Positions 28,223-37,799 are shown, numbered from the stretch's first letter. The stretch is 39,652 bases of DNA from a virus (IMGVR_UViG_3300032233_001177:1-39652); one strand, 5' to 3'. The notes: generated by a model from the sequence alone, not told the origin. Made by a program: numbers and translations.

Positions 28223-28312
28223 TTAGTTTGTATATCCGTAAGTTAATGCTAAATCCACACCAACTATAAAAATTGTAAAAATAATTATGGCACTAATGAT
28301 GGTGTTGGTCAT
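28223..28312 (-). CDS. 29-aa hydrophobic microprotein MTNTIISAIIIFTIFIVGVDLALTYGYTN
   Basis: Not in track; single TM-like stretch; overlaps the end of the previous ORF by 20 nt. Confidence 0.55.
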   Translation of the reverse strand: MTNTIISAIIIFTIFIVGVDLALTYGYTN

Positions 28313-28418
28313 CTTTTGTTTCTAAATATGCTAATCGTAAAATATAATAAATGCAGTATAGAGTGAAAAGTAATCCTGTTCCCAGAATTGTAATAACACC
28401 CCAAGGTAAATTACTCAT
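28293..28418 (-). CDS. 41-aa single-TM microprotein MSNLPWGVITILGTGLLFTLYCIYYILRLAYLETKDDQHHH
   Basis: Not in track; start overlaps the stop region of the upstream ORF by 8 nt. Confidence 0.6.
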   Translation of the reverse strand: MSNLPWGVITILGTGLLFTLYCIYYILRLAYLETKDDQHHH

Positions 28419-28515
28419 CTTCATCCTCATAGGTAGATGGTTCTTCGAAGAGTTCATCCATTTTTTGTTGGAATACTCTTTCTAATAATTGTTGATAATC
28501 TTCTTCCGTAATCAT
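28411..28515 (-). CDS. 34-aa acidic microprotein MITEEDYQQLLERVFQQKMDELFEEPSTYEDEDE
   Basis: Not in track; ATGA overlap with the upstream ORF. Confidence 0.6.
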   Translation of the reverse strand: MITEEDYQQLLERVFQQKMDELFEEPSTYEDEDE

Positions 28516-28649
28516 TTAACCAATGTAATTACTCCATGTGCATAAAATGCCATGACGGTAAATCCGAGCACAGCACTGATAATTGTTGCTTGAATATTGT
28601 GATGTCTAATCGCATCATCAATCATTTCTTTCACTTTTTCTTCAGTCAT
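28512..28649 (-). CDS. 45-aa single-TM microprotein MTEEKVKEMIDDAIRHHNIQATIISAVLGFTVMAFYAHGVITLVK
   Basis: Not in track; ATGA overlaps on both sides. Confidence 0.65.
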   Translation of the reverse strand: MTEEKVKEMIDDAIRHHNIQATIISAVLGFTVMAFYAHGVITLVK

Positions 28650-28798
28650 AATTTAGGAAAGTTTTGCTCTTTGTAATTTGACAGTCTATTAATGAGATGC
28701 TGATATTCTCTTCTTACATTTTGGTCACTTGATTGTGCCGCAACTTTATTACAAGCAACAATCAATTTATTGATGTCTGTTTCTGGAAGTACGTACAT
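28646..28798 (-). CDS. 50-aa helical microprotein MYVLPETDINKLIVACNK...YQHLINRLSNYKEQNFPKL
   Basis: Not in track; SD GAGG and late promoter TAAATA 28826-28831(-) upstream; alternative in-frame ATG at 28819. Confidence 0.65.
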   Translation of the reverse strand: MYVLPETDINKLIVACNKVAAQSSDQNVRREYQHLINRLSNYKEQNFPKL

Positions 28799-28824
28799 AT
28801 GAATATGCCTCTTACTCATATGCT

Positions 28825-29403
28825 TTATTTAGTTTTGGATGCAATGGGTGTAATTGAAGGTGTTGGATACCTAACAACTACATCAGCACAAATCTTATAG
28901 TATGGTGATGTTGGATGATATGTAATTCCAGACTTAATTGCTTCTCCACATTTGAGTAATCTAACCAATTCAAAATCGAGACGAGCCTTATCTGCTTCTG
29001 CCTGTTGCCTAGAAATTTCTACTCTTACTCGTGCCTTACATAGTTCTTGCATTGACCCATCAAGAGGGAAATTAAATCCCATCGAAATACCAGCATTGCC
29101 ACTATAAGATTGAAAGTTTGCTGGGTCTTCACTGAAATTTGTATTGCCCAAAATAAATGGTGCCAAACTCATTGTTGGTCCCTGGCATGATACACCATTA
29201 CCGAATGTATTAACGGCGTATGGACCCTGTAGGACTTGTACAGCTTGGTTTGTAACGTTTCCAGTAGCACTAGCACTAGGCCCAGCAATGTTAGTATTAC
29301 TAGGAGCCTGTTGAGCCAATACAGACGTTCCATATAGTATTACTGAGTAAAGACTGATATAGAGTTTGTTACTGAATCTTCTATAGTTTTCCTGTCTATC
29401 CAT
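28825..29403 (-). CDS. Putative exported protein with four Cys and a C-terminal coiled coil
   Basis: Signal-like ...YGTSVLA|QQ; SCQGPT, LCK, LKCG, ICADVVV; true start uncertain. Confidence 0.7.
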   Translation of the reverse strand: MDRQENYRRFSNKLYISLYSVILYGTSVLAQQAPSNTNIAGPSASATGNVTNQAVQVLQGPYAVNTFGNGVSCQGPTMSLAPFILGNTNFSEDPANFQSYSGNAGISMGFNFPLDGSMQELCKARVRVEISRQQAEADKARLDFELVRLLKCGEAIKSGITYHPTSPYYKICADVVVRYPTPSITPIASKTK

Positions 29404-29699
29404 GTCTCCTTGGCCACTCCAGGTGTCAGATAAGTCTCACTGAACTGGAACGGAGCACCTTGAGTTTGGATACTATAATTTACACCTGGACCAGGAGAAC
29501 CAGGAATATTAATATTAGTACCTGTGACAGTATAAGATGTCCCAGTAGAATATTCTATTTGTTTAATCGTCTCAACAATTTCAGTACGAGTTTTAGTTTC
29601 TGCAGTAATGGTTCCACTAGTAAAATTTGGAACAACAGAACCTGCTAGGGCTGACGAAGAAAACCCTAGCAGGAATAAACCTGCTAGGATATGTCTCAT
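29340..29699 (-). CDS. Putative exported beta-rich protein
   Basis: Signal peptide MRHILAGLFLLGFSSSALA; VVPNFTSG, GAPFQFSETY; ends SISVFTQ. Confidence 0.75.
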   Translation of the reverse strand: MRHILAGLFLLGFSSSALAGSVVPNFTSGTITAETKTRTEIVETIKQIEYSTGTSYTVTGTNINIPGSPGPGVNYSIQTQGAPFQFSETYLTPGVAKETWIDRKTIEDSVTNSISVFTQ

Positions 29700-30163
29700 T
29701 TGAATACACTCAATTCAACACTACGTTGTGCTGTACCAGTTGTACCAGGACCACCTGCTGTGATTGTCGAAATGCCAGTAGGGGACAATGCGCCAGCAAG
29801 AGAACCTTTATCTCCTGCTAACTGAATAGTATAATCCCCATAAAGGTTGGGAGAAGAAATTCCTCCACCAGACCACGTTTGACTGGTGACAGCAACATCT
29901 GCTGCATTGCTTGTCTCAGAAAAACTAAATGCTTGACCATCTGTTTTAACACCATAACTACCAGTAACACCAACTCCACCAAGAGTTGTTGCAGTAATGT
30001 TTGAACCAGAGGCAGAATACGATTCTCCGATTCTTGTTGATTGAATTGCAGCACCTTGCACATTCAACTGAACTGAGTCAGTAATTTTGGATGTGATTTC
30101 ACCAGCAAATACTGTGGGCATAACGAAAAAGGTTCCCGCAATTACGGTTAATACCTTTTTCAT
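29696..30163 (-). CDS. Putative exported Ser/Thr/Gly-rich protein
   Basis: Signal peptide MKKVLTVIAGTFFVMPTVFA; SD GGAGG; late promoter 30203-30208(-); ends ELSVFK. Confidence 0.75.
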   Translation of the reverse strand: MKKVLTVIAGTFFVMPTVFAGEITSKITDSVQLNVQGAAIQSTRIGESYSASGSNITATTLGGVGVTGSYGVKTDGQAFSFSETSNAADVAVTSQTWSGGGISSPNLYGDYTIQLAGDKGSLAGALSPTGISTITAGGPGTTGTAQRSVELSVFK

Positions 30164-30202
30164 GTTCGGTTCCTCCTAAAAAATGGAATTACTCCCCATT
30201 GA

Positions 30203-30218
30203 TATTTATGAATAAATA
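30203..30218. promoter_or_regulatory. Back-to-back late promoters
   Basis: TATTTA 30203-30208 (TAAATA on minus) and TAAATA 30213-30218 (plus), between divergent genes. Confidence 0.7.
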
Positions 30219-30223
30219 TTTTC

Positions 30224-30268
30224 GAATGCCTTCGGGGTTCACTACAACACACTCGCTTATTTAAGGAG
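30224..30268 (+). promoter_or_regulatory. Structured hsp20 leader; ROSE-like RNA thermometer candidate
   Basis: C-UUCG-G hairpin 30224-30240, then CUC(G)CUU-AUUU-AAGGAG 30252-30268 pairing over the SD with a bulged G. Confidence 0.6.
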
Positions 30269-30275
30269 AACTAAA

Positions 30276-30731
30276 ATGATTAGTACCAATACCCTAGATA
30301 CCTTTTGGAAAGATTACGTACCACATGCTGTAGGTCTGGATGATGTTTTTCATAGATTAGAAGCTATGTCTGGAAACAATGTCAACTATCCACCCTACAA
30401 TTTAATCAAACATGACTCAAGTAATTTCTCTATTGAAGTTGCTCTCGCAGGATTTACAAGAGATGAAATTGAAGTCTCTACAGAACAGAACATTCTCAAA
30501 GTTGCCTCCAAGTCTCCGAAACAAGATTCTGAACGAACTTACCTACACAAAGGAGTTTCAAAAAGAAGCTTCACCCGTTCATGGCAATTATCTGAAGATG
30601 TGAAAGTGAAAGATGTAAAATATGAAGACGGATTGTTAACAATTGATTTAGAAAGAATTGTTCCCGACCATCAGAAACGAACAGTTTATAATATTGGGTC
30701 AACTGAGAAACAACTACTCACAGAAAGTTGA
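30276..30731 (+). CDS. hsp20: Small heat shock protein (IbpA-like)
   Basis: NYPPYNL, IEVALAGF, YLHKGVSKRSF.R, DGLL.I.L. Confidence 0.96.
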   Translation: MISTNTLDTFWKDYVPHAVGLDDVFHRLEAMSGNNVNYPPYNLIKHDSSNFSIEVALAGFTRDEIEVSTEQNILKVASKSPKQDSERTYLHKGVSKRSFTRSWQLSEDVKVKDVKYEDGLLTIDLERIVPDHQKRTVYNIGSTEKQLLTES

Positions 30732-30750
30732 TAAATAAATCAAACAGAAT

Positions 30751-30782
30751 AAAGGGAGAAGGGCTTGACCCCTCCCTTTTTT
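30751..30782 (+). terminator. Intrinsic terminator after hsp20, overlapping an early promoter
   Basis: AAAGGGAG-AA-GGG-CTTGA-CCC-CTCCCTTT plus T run. Confidence 0.75.
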
Positions 30783-30793
30783 GTGTGTATAAT
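30765..30793 (+). promoter_or_regulatory. Sigma70-type early promoter for the gp43 operon
   Basis: TTGACC-17 nt-TATAAT with TG extension. Confidence 0.85.
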
Positions 30794-30803
30794 GGAGGAA
30801 ACT

Positions 30804-31034
30804 ATGCAGTTTTATTACAATTTGAATCCACCTCAGTATGAAGGTGAGTCTGACTTGGTGACGATTGAAGCACCCACGGAAGTTATGGATGTTTTGTTTA
30901 CATATGCGAAACAAATTACAGACACAAAAAATATCCATCAAGATAAGGCAATGAAAGAACTTATCAAAGAATCAGTAAACATTATTTTGAGTAAAAATTA
31001 TGAGCGTAAAAATCGCAAGACTAAGAAGCGGTGA
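30804..31034 (+). CDS. 76-aa hypothetical protein
   Basis: ATG 30804 after SD GGAGG and the promoter; the track start at 30765 is the -35 box. Confidence 0.65.
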   Translation: MQFYYNLNPPQYEGESDLVTIEAPTEVMDVLFTYAKQITDTKNIHQDKAMKELIKESVNIILSKNYERKNRKTKKR

Positions 31035-31455
31035 AGATGTTATCGCTACAATTAAAGAAGTAGTCAATTCGGAAACAAAACAAGTAGCAGCAATTCAACT
31101 TGAAGACCCATATAATGTTTCTATTGTTGAAGATACTGCATCATTGTTTAATACTGATAGTGGACAACCAAAAAAAACTAGTAGTCCACAAATTAGTTTT
31201 TATCCATGGGCCCCACTGTCTGTGAATAGAACATTATACATTGATGCAAATGAATTGATTTGTGTCTATGACCCACACAACGAAGTTATTGAGCAGTACA
31301 CAAAATTATTGGAGGCTATAAATGGAGGAACTGATGATGGACGAAATGGAAGAGATGGAGGAGATGGAATCCGAGGAGATGATAATGTCTCCACCGACAG
31401 TGAAGTTAATTTTGCTGAAACACCAGGAGAAGAATCTGATTGGGAAGGTAACTGA
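31000..31455 (+). CDS. Hypothetical protein, putative Sm-like fold
   Basis: KIARLRSGEDVIA...FYPWAPLS. Confidence 0.72.
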   Translation: MSVKIARLRSGEDVIATIKEVVNSETKQVAAIQLEDPYNVSIVEDTASLFNTDSGQPKKTSSPQISFYPWAPLSVNRTLYIDANELICVYDPHNEVIEQYTKLLEAINGGTDDGRNGRDGGDGIRGDDNVSTDSEVNFAETPGEESDWEGN

Positions 31456-31765
31456 ACTTGATGAAGAACCATCGATTTTAATTGAAGAATGTTATGAAAT
31501 TGTAGAATGTGCTGAATACGGTGAAGACCCAGAAAATTTGGAGAAACGTGCATATTCATTAGAGGGTAAACATCTAAAAACATCTGCCAGAAAAATTGAT
31601 GAACGTGCTTCCGATAATGATTGGTATGTTTACGAATATGCTATTCTCAGACCCTATCCCAAATTTGCCTCTCAGAGGGACCTCTTCTTGACAAGCGAAA
31701 CGATTTTCACTATACTGGAGCCGGAACAAGCAGTTCTGGACCTTTATACTGAAGTGATTGGATGA
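31322..31765 (+). CDS. Acidic hypothetical protein, possibly divergent Sm-like
   Basis: VKLILLK....LIG.V, LRPYP; ATGA overlap with gp43; exact start uncertain (several Met). Confidence 0.65.
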   Translation: MEELMMDEMEEMEEMESEEMIMSPPTVKLILLKHQEKNLIGKVTELDEEPSILIEECYEIVECAEYGEDPENLEKRAYSLEGKHLKTSARKIDERASDNDWYVYEYAILRPYPKFASQRDLFLTSETIFTILEPEQAVLDLYTEVIG

Positions 31766-34251
31766 AGTTTTATACAAGCGTTGAACAAGTAGGTGATAAT
31801 ATTCTTTACCGAGGTTATGAACACGGAGAACGTGTTTCCTTCAAAGAATCTTTTTCACCTACTCTTTTTGTTGCTTGCCCACAAGAATCCAAGTTCAAAA
31901 CTTTGGAGGGGCAAAATGTAAAACCAATTAAATTTTCTGGACCTCGTGATGCACGAGAATTCATTCAGAAATATGAGAACGTTCGTAACTTTGATGTGTG
32001 TGGTTATGAACGTTTTGTCTACCAATATATCTCTGACCAACATCCTCTAGAAGTTGATTATGATTTCAAGCGTCTCGAAATCTATACGATTGACATCGAG
32101 GTTGCATCTGAGAATGGATTCCCTGATGTACAAAGTGCTGCAGAGGAAATTCTTTGTATCACAATGAAGAATCTGAATACAAAGAAAGTATATACTTGGG
32201 CAACTCGGGAGTTTGATGCTCCCTCAGGAATTGAGGTTCATCTTCTCAATGATGAGAATGCAATGATGAAAGATTTTATCGAATTCTGGGCAAAAAATAC
32301 ACCAGACATCGTAACTGGTTGGAACTGCTACTTGTACGATATTCCTTATATTTGCCGTAGGGTAGATAGAATCTTGAGTGATAAGTGGGTTAAATCACTT
32401 TCTCCTTGGAACAAAGTATCAGAACGTGAGATTGTAATTCAAGGCCGTACTAATATTGCCTATCAGATTCTTGGAGTTTCTGTTCTAGACTATCTCGATT
32501 TGTATAAGAAGTTTACTTACACCAATCAGGAATCTTATCGTCTTGACCATATTGCCTTTGTGGAACTGAATCAACGTAAGTTGGACCACAGTGAGTATGA
32601 TACTTTCCGTGACTTCTATACCTATGGTTGGCAGAAGTTTGTTGAGTACAACATCTTTGACGTAGAACTTGTTGACCGTTTGGAAGACAAGATGAAACTG
32701 ATTGAACTTGGTGTCACAATGGCATATGACGCAAAGGTAAACTTTGAGGATGTGTATTCTCAAGTTCGTATGTGGGATACTCTTATCTTCAACTTTCTTA
32801 AGAAGGATAACATTGTTGTTCCTCCAAAGAAAGGTAGTAAGAAAGATGATAAGTATGCAGGTGCTTTTGTTAAAGAACCAATTCCAGGTCTGTATAATTG
32901 GGTCGTTAGTTTTGATTTGAACTCGCTATACCCTCACCTGATTATGCAGTATAATATTAGCCCTGAGACTTTGTTACCAACTCGTCATCCTTCGGTAACA
33001 GTAGATAAACTTCTTAATCGAGAAATTGATTTGAGTGATATTGATGGCAAAACAGTTTGTGCCAATGGTGCAATGTATTCCACGAAAGAACCAGGATTCT
33101 TACCTAAGATGATGCAACGTATCTATGATGACCGTACCATCTATAAAAAGAAAATGCTTGCTGCCAAGCAAGAATATGAAAAAAATCCATCAGAAAAACT
33201 TGAGAAAGATATTTCCAAGTTTAATAACATTCAGATGGCACGAAAGATTCAATTGAACTCTGCTTATGGTGCCATTGGAAATCAATACTTTAGGTACTAC
33301 AATCTTCAGAATGCCGAGGCAATTACTTTGTCTGGACAACTTTCAATTCGTTGGATTGAAATTAAGATGAATCAGTATCTAAACAAAGTCCTTAAAACCG
33401 AGAATAAAGATTATGTTATTGCTGCCGATACTGATTCTATCTACCTTAATCTTGGTCCGTTGGTGGATGGCGTATTCAAGGGAAGAGAGAAAACTACTGA
33501 AAGCATCGTTTCGTTCCTTGATAAGGTGTGTAAGGTGGAACTTGAAAAATATATTGAAAGTTCTTACAAAGAACTGGCGGAATACGTGAATGCCTTTGAC
33601 CAGAAGATGTTCATGAAGAGGGAGACCATTGCCGACAAAGGTATTTGGACTGCCAAGAAACGTTACATCCTGAATGCTTGGGATGTGGAAGGTGTTCGGT
33701 ATGCAGAACCCAAACTTAAAATGATGGGTATTGAAGCAGTTAAATCTTCTACTCCTGGTCCATGCCGTCAGAAGATTAAGGATGCTCTGAAACTTATCAT
33801 GACAAAAACAAATGATGATTTGATTAAGTTTGTTGAGGAGTTTCGTTCTGAATTTAAAACAATGAATCCAGATGAAATTGCCTTTCCCCGTGGAGTAAAT
33901 AATCTTAGAAAATTCAGTAGTGGAGTTACAATTTATGGAAAGGGTACACCAATTGCTGTCCGAGGTGCATTACTGTACAATCACTATATTCGAAAGCATA
34001 ATTTGGTTAATAAGTATCCTATCATCCAAGAAGGAGAGAAGGTTAAGTTCATCTACTTGCGAACACCAAACAAAATCAACGAGAACATAATCTCGTTCAT
34101 TCAAGAACTTCCCAAGGAGTTGGAGCTTGACAAATCTATAGATTATGATGTACAATTTGACAAGAGCTTTCTAGAACCGTTAAAAACAATTCTAGATACT
34201 ATTGGTTGGAAAACAGAAAAAATTAACACATTGGAGTTTTTATTTGCATGA
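31762..34251 (+). CDS. gp43: Family B DNA polymerase
   Basis: DIEV exo I, YN..D exo [29 protein letters not shown]. Confidence 0.98.
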   Translation: MKFYTSVEQVGDNILYRGYEHGERVSFKESFSPTLFVACPQESKFKTLEGQNVKPIKFSGPRDAREFIQKYENVRNFDVCGYERFVYQYISDQHPLEVDYDFKRLEIYTIDIEVASENGFPDVQSAAEEILCITMKNLNTKKVYTWATREFDAPSGIEVHLLNDENAMMKDFIEFWAKNTPDIVTGWNCYLYDIPYICRRVDRILSDKWVKSLSPWNKVSEREIVIQGRTNIAYQILGVSVLDYLDLYKKFTYTNQESYRLDHIAFVELNQRKLDHSEYDTFRDFYTYGWQKFVEYNIFDVELVDRLEDKMKLIELGVTMAYDAKVNFEDVYSQVRMWDTLIFNFLKKDNIVVPPKKGSKKDDKYAGAFVKEPIPGLYNWVVSFDLNSLYPHLIMQYNISPETLLPTRHPSVTVDKLLNREIDLSDIDGKTVCANGAMYSTKEPGFLPKMMQRIYDDRTIYKKKMLAAKQEYEKNPSEKLEKDISKFNNIQMARKIQLNSAYGAIGNQYFRYYNLQNAEAITLSGQLSIRWIEIKMNQYLNKVLKTENKDYVIAADTDSIYLNLGPLVDGVFKGREKTTESIVSFLDKVCKVELEKYIESSYKELAEYVNAFDQKMFMKRETIADKGIWTAKKRYILNAWDVEGVRYAEPKLKMMGIEAVKSSTPGPCRQKIKDALKLIMTKTNDDLIKFVEEFRSEFKTMNPDEIAFPRGVNNLRKFSSGVTIYGKGTPIAVRGALLYNHYIRKHNLVNKYPIIQEGEKVKFIYLRTPNKINENIISFIQELPKELELDKSIDYDVQFDKSFLEPLKTILDTIGWKTEKINTLEFLFA

Positions 34252-35306
34252 ATTTTTTACAGGATGTAGTAAAGGAGATTGGTAATGAATATGCTGGTCT
34301 CGTTTTTGACGGTGTTGCTGCTGGTGACTGTGATAGTTTCATTGACACAGGTAGTTATATTTTTAATGCTTTGGTATCGGGGTCGATTTTCGGTGGCATC
34401 CCGTCAAACAAAATTACGGCTATCGCAGGAGAATCGTCTACAGGTAAGACTTTCTTTTGTTTGTCTGTCGTTAAACATTTTCTCGATAGTAATCCTAACG
34501 CAGGTGTTGTCTACTTCGAATCAGAATCTGCTATTACTAAGTCGATGATTGAGGAGCGAGGTATTGATTCCAAGCGAATGATTATCGTTCCCGTTGTGAC
34601 TGTGCAAGAGTTTCGTACACAATCACTTCGTATCATCGATAAATATCTTGAGCAAAAAACAAAAGATAGACAACCTTTAATGTTTGTTCTAGACTCTTTG
34701 GGTAATCTCTCAACTACAAAGGAAATTGAAGATTCCAGTGGTGGTAAAGAAACCAGAGACATGACTCGTGCTCAGGTAACCAAATCTGTATTCCGTGTTC
34801 TTACTCTCAAACTTGGTAAGGCAAACATTCCAATGTTAGTTACAAATCATACATACGACGTAGTAGGTGCTTATGTTCCAACAAAAGAAATGGGCGGTGG
34901 TAGTGGTCTTAAGTATGCCGCTTCTACTATTATCTACCTTTCCAAATCTAAGGAAAAGGACGGTAAAGAAGTCATCGGGAATATTATCAAGTGTAAAGCA
35001 CAGAAGTCTCGATTTACTAAAGAGAATTCCATTGCTGAGACGAGGCTTTATTACGACACAGGACTCGACCCTTACTACGGATTGCTTGAACTTGGAGAAA
35101 AGTACGGAATCTTTGAGAGAGTTGGTAATCGATATAAAGTCGATGGTTCATCAGTCTACCCAAAAGCAATTCTCTCGAATCCAGAAAAGTACTTTACTCC
35201 AGAGATTATGCAAGCCCTTGACGAATCAGCAAAGAAAGAATATCTATACGGACAAGGCAATGTAGTTTCCAGGGAGGAAGATTATGCAAGCGAAGAGACT
35301 GAATGA
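34248..35306 (+). CDS. uvsX: RecA-like recombinase UvsX
   Basis: [30 protein letters not shown]. Confidence 0.96.
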   Translation: MNFLQDVVKEIGNEYAGLVFDGVAAGDCDSFIDTGSYIFNALVSGSIFGGIPSNKITAIAGESSTGKTFFCLSVVKHFLDSNPNAGVVYFESESAITKSMIEERGIDSKRMIIVPVVTVQEFRTQSLRIIDKYLEQKTKDRQPLMFVLDSLGNLSTTKEIEDSSGGKETRDMTRAQVTKSVFRVLTLKLGKANIPMLVTNHTYDVVGAYVPTKEMGGGSGLKYAASTIIYLSKSKEKDGKEVIGNIIKCKAQKSRFTKENSIAETRLYYDTGLDPYYGLLELGEKYGIFERVGNRYKVDGSSVYPKAILSNPEKYFTPEIMQALDESAKKEYLYGQGNVVSREEDYASEETE

Positions 35307-35871
35307 CCTAATTAAAGTTTATGATGATGTGATTGATGTTGATACTTGTAAAGAGATTATCAACGTCTTTGACACTCATGAAAATTATCAAAATAGAATT
35401 GATAGAGAAGCAAGACCAAACTTTACTGATTTTAATTTGACAGTCTTTACTGAAAGTAATGATGCGACTGCTCAAGAAAAGCAGATTCATAAGTTCATCA
35501 CCAATTCCTTTATGAGTGTAATTGGACTTTATAGTGTTGACCAATTAATTACGGATGAACTTCCTGCACAATATGCATTGGAACAAATTCGTATTAAGAA
35601 GTATAGTCCTGGTGGAGTTGACAGGTATGATGAACATGTCGATGTAGGTAACTACAATTCTGCCAGACGTTATCTTGCATTTTTTCTTTATCTTAATGAT
35701 ATTGATGAAAGAGGTGCGGGTGGTACGAAATTCCCTTACCTTGACTTGACAGTTCAACCAAAGGCTGGTAGAGTACTTGTGTTCCCTCCTCTATGGATGT
35801 TCCCCCACTCAGGTCTTGCACCAATAGAAGAACCCAAATACATTGTTGGAAGTTATTGTCACTACATATGA
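35284..35871 (+). CDS. 2OG-Fe(II) oxygenase (prolyl-4-hydroxylase-like)
   Basis: HVD, FLYLND, GGT.F, P.AG..LVFP..W.FPH, KY. Confidence 0.9.
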   Translation: MQAKRLNDLIKVYDDVIDVDTCKEIINVFDTHENYQNRIDREARPNFTDFNLTVFTESNDATAQEKQIHKFITNSFMSVIGLYSVDQLITDELPAQYALEQIRIKKYSPGGVDRYDEHVDVGNYNSARRYLAFFLYLNDIDERGAGGTKFPYLDLTVQPKAGRVLVFPPLWMFPHSGLAPIEEPKYIVGSYCHYI

Positions 35872-37250
35872 TGGAAAAGCTAGAAGCACTAGTTCTAAAA
35901 AATCTAACTCTTAATGATAAGTATTGCCGTAAAGTACTTCCATTTATCAAACCAGAATACTTTGAGACTCACGAAGAGAAAGTAATCTTCGAAGAGATTA
36001 ATAAGTATGTTCAAAATTATGAGTCACTTCCTAATTTAAATGCTCTTGCGATTGAGGTACAACGTCGTACTGATTTAAGTCAAGATGGTTTTGATAATAT
36101 CATCAAGATGATTCAAAACTTTCATGAGGAAAGGATTGATTTTGATTGGTTGATTAACACTACCGAAAAGTGGTGTAAGGATAGGGCAGTATATCTTTCT
36201 CTTGTAGAATCAATTAAGATTGCTGATGGTAAAGATAAGACAAAAACTCGTGATGCAATTCCTAGTATTCTTTCTGAAGCATTGGGAGTATGTTTTGACG
36301 AACATGTAGGTCACGATTATATTGATGACTTTGAGAGCCGTTATGATTTCTATCATCGTAAAGAAGAAAAGATTCCCTTCGATTTGGAATTTTTTAATAA
36401 AATCACCAAGGGTGGTTTACCTTCAAAAACACTCAATATTGCCCTGGCGGGAACGGGTGTTGGTAAATCTCTCTTCATGTGCCACGTTGGTGCTGCTGCC
36501 CTTCTCCAAGGCAAGAATGTTCTTTACATCACCATGGAAATGGCAGAGGAAAGAATTGCAGAACGAATCGACGCCAACTTGTTGAACATTAATATTCAGC
36601 AATTGCAAGACTTACCAAAGCAAATGTATGAGAGCAAAATTATTAAACTTGCTCAAAAGACAGTTGGTAAATTCGTCATTAAAGAATATCCAACCGCATC
36701 TGCCCACGCGGGACACTTTAAATCTCTTCTTAACGAGCTTGCCCTAAAGAAAGGATTTAAACCAGATATTATCTTTATTGATTATCTAAACATTTGTGCT
36801 TCATCTAGATATAAAGGTTCTATTGTGAATTCTTATACCTATGTTAAAGCAATTGCTGAAGAACTTAGAGGGTTGGCTGTGGAGTTCAATGTCCCCATCA
36901 TGTCTGCTACTCAAACTACTCGTAGTGGTTATGGTAGTACTGATGTTGACCTCACTGACACTTCTGAATCCTTCGGTCTTCCTGCTACTGCTGACCTTAT
37001 GTTTGCTCTTATAAGCACAGAAGAGTTGGAACAGATGAATCAGATACTTGTCAAACAGTTGAAAAACCGTTATAATGACCCTACGATGAACAAGCGTTTC
37101 ATCCTTGGTATCGATAGAGCAAAGATGAGGTTGTATGATGTAGACCAGTCTGCACAAACTGACCTTGTGGATTCAGGTCAAGATGATACTGAACCTGAAA
37201 CCTTGTTTAAAAATACTGGACGAAAAACATTTACCGATTTTAAAGTATAA
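35868..37250 (+). CDS. gp41: Replicative DnaB-like helicase
   Basis: AGTGVGKS, TMEMAEE.I.ERID, IDYL, ATQTTR, SESFGLPATAD, KNRY; start moved to ATG 35868. Confidence 0.97.
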   Translation: MMEKLEALVLKNLTLNDKYCRKVLPFIKPEYFETHEEKVIFEEINKYVQNYESLPNLNALAIEVQRRTDLSQDGFDNIIKMIQNFHEERIDFDWLINTTEKWCKDRAVYLSLVESIKIADGKDKTKTRDAIPSILSEALGVCFDEHVGHDYIDDFESRYDFYHRKEEKIPFDLEFFNKITKGGLPSKTLNIALAGTGVGKSLFMCHVGAAALLQGKNVLYITMEMAEERIAERIDANLLNINIQQLQDLPKQMYESKIIKLAQKTVGKFVIKEYPTASAHAGHFKSLLNELALKKGFKPDIIFIDYLNICASSRYKGSIVNSYTYVKAIAEELRGLAVEFNVPIMSATQTTRSGYGSTDVDLTDTSESFGLPATADLMFALISTEELEQMNQILVKQLKNRYNDPTMNKRFILGIDRAKMRLYDVDQSAQTDLVDSGQDDTEPETLFKNTGRKTFTDFKV

Positions 37251-37255
37251 AAATT

Positions 37256-37714
37256 ATGGCAAAAGGATTTGATTCTACTCCCGAAGTTCCTACCGAAGAA
37301 CGGGAGCCTGTTGAGGCCGACTTGCAAAAGTACCTCGAATTTGTTGATTTTGTAACTAGCAAAGCTTCTAAAAATTATGAGGACTTTGCTACTCGTCTGA
37401 CTGAACTGGATGAGCAAGGTGCTGACATTCAACGTCTTCTTACTGCTGGTGTTGGTATCAATGCTGAGGCTGGTGAGTTTCTTGAGATTATTAAGAAGAT
37501 GATTTTCCAAGGCAAACCTTGGAATGATGATAACCGTGAGCATCTTATTATTGAACTTGGTGATGTGATGTGGTATGTTGCTCAAGCATGTATCGCACTA
37601 AATATTTCTATGGATGAAGTAATCATGCAAAATGTTTCCAAGTTACTTAAGCGTTATCCCGAAGGTGTATTTGATGTTGCTAAGTCCGAGGTCCGAGCAG
37701 AAGGAGACCGATGA
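37256..37714 (+). CDS. mazG: MazG-like NTP pyrophosphohydrolase
   Basis: EAGEF.E..KK, ELGDVMWY, N..KL.KRYP.G. Confidence 0.92.
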   Translation: MAKGFDSTPEVPTEEREPVEADLQKYLEFVDFVTSKASKNYEDFATRLTELDEQGADIQRLLTAGVGINAEAGEFLEIIKKMIFQGKPWNDDNREHLIIELGDVMWYVAQACIALNISMDEVIMQNVSKLLKRYPEGVFDVAKSEVRAEGDR

Positions 37715-37799
37715 CGATGTAATTATCGACTACTTTAAGATATCTGAATTGATGGATGCTTGGGTAGATGGTAACAATAATAAACCCCCTCTCTTCTAA
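37674..37799 (+). CDS. Possible 41-aa acidic ORF (MLLSPRSEQKETDDDVIIDYFKISELMDAWVDGNNNKPPLF)
   Basis: Fills the mazG-to-next-gene gap; weak SD AAGGTG; overlaps mazG by 41 nt. Confidence 0.35.
   Translation: MLLSPRSEQKETDDDVIIDYFKISELMDAWVDGNNNKPPLF

Noticed and set aside
35793-35867. N-terminal extension of gp41
   Set aside because: Lies inside the oxygenase gene; ATGA coupling at 35868 is the likelier start
31762-37250. Introns or inteins in gp43, uvsX or gp41
   Set aside because: Uninterrupted ORFs of normal length with no splicing motifs
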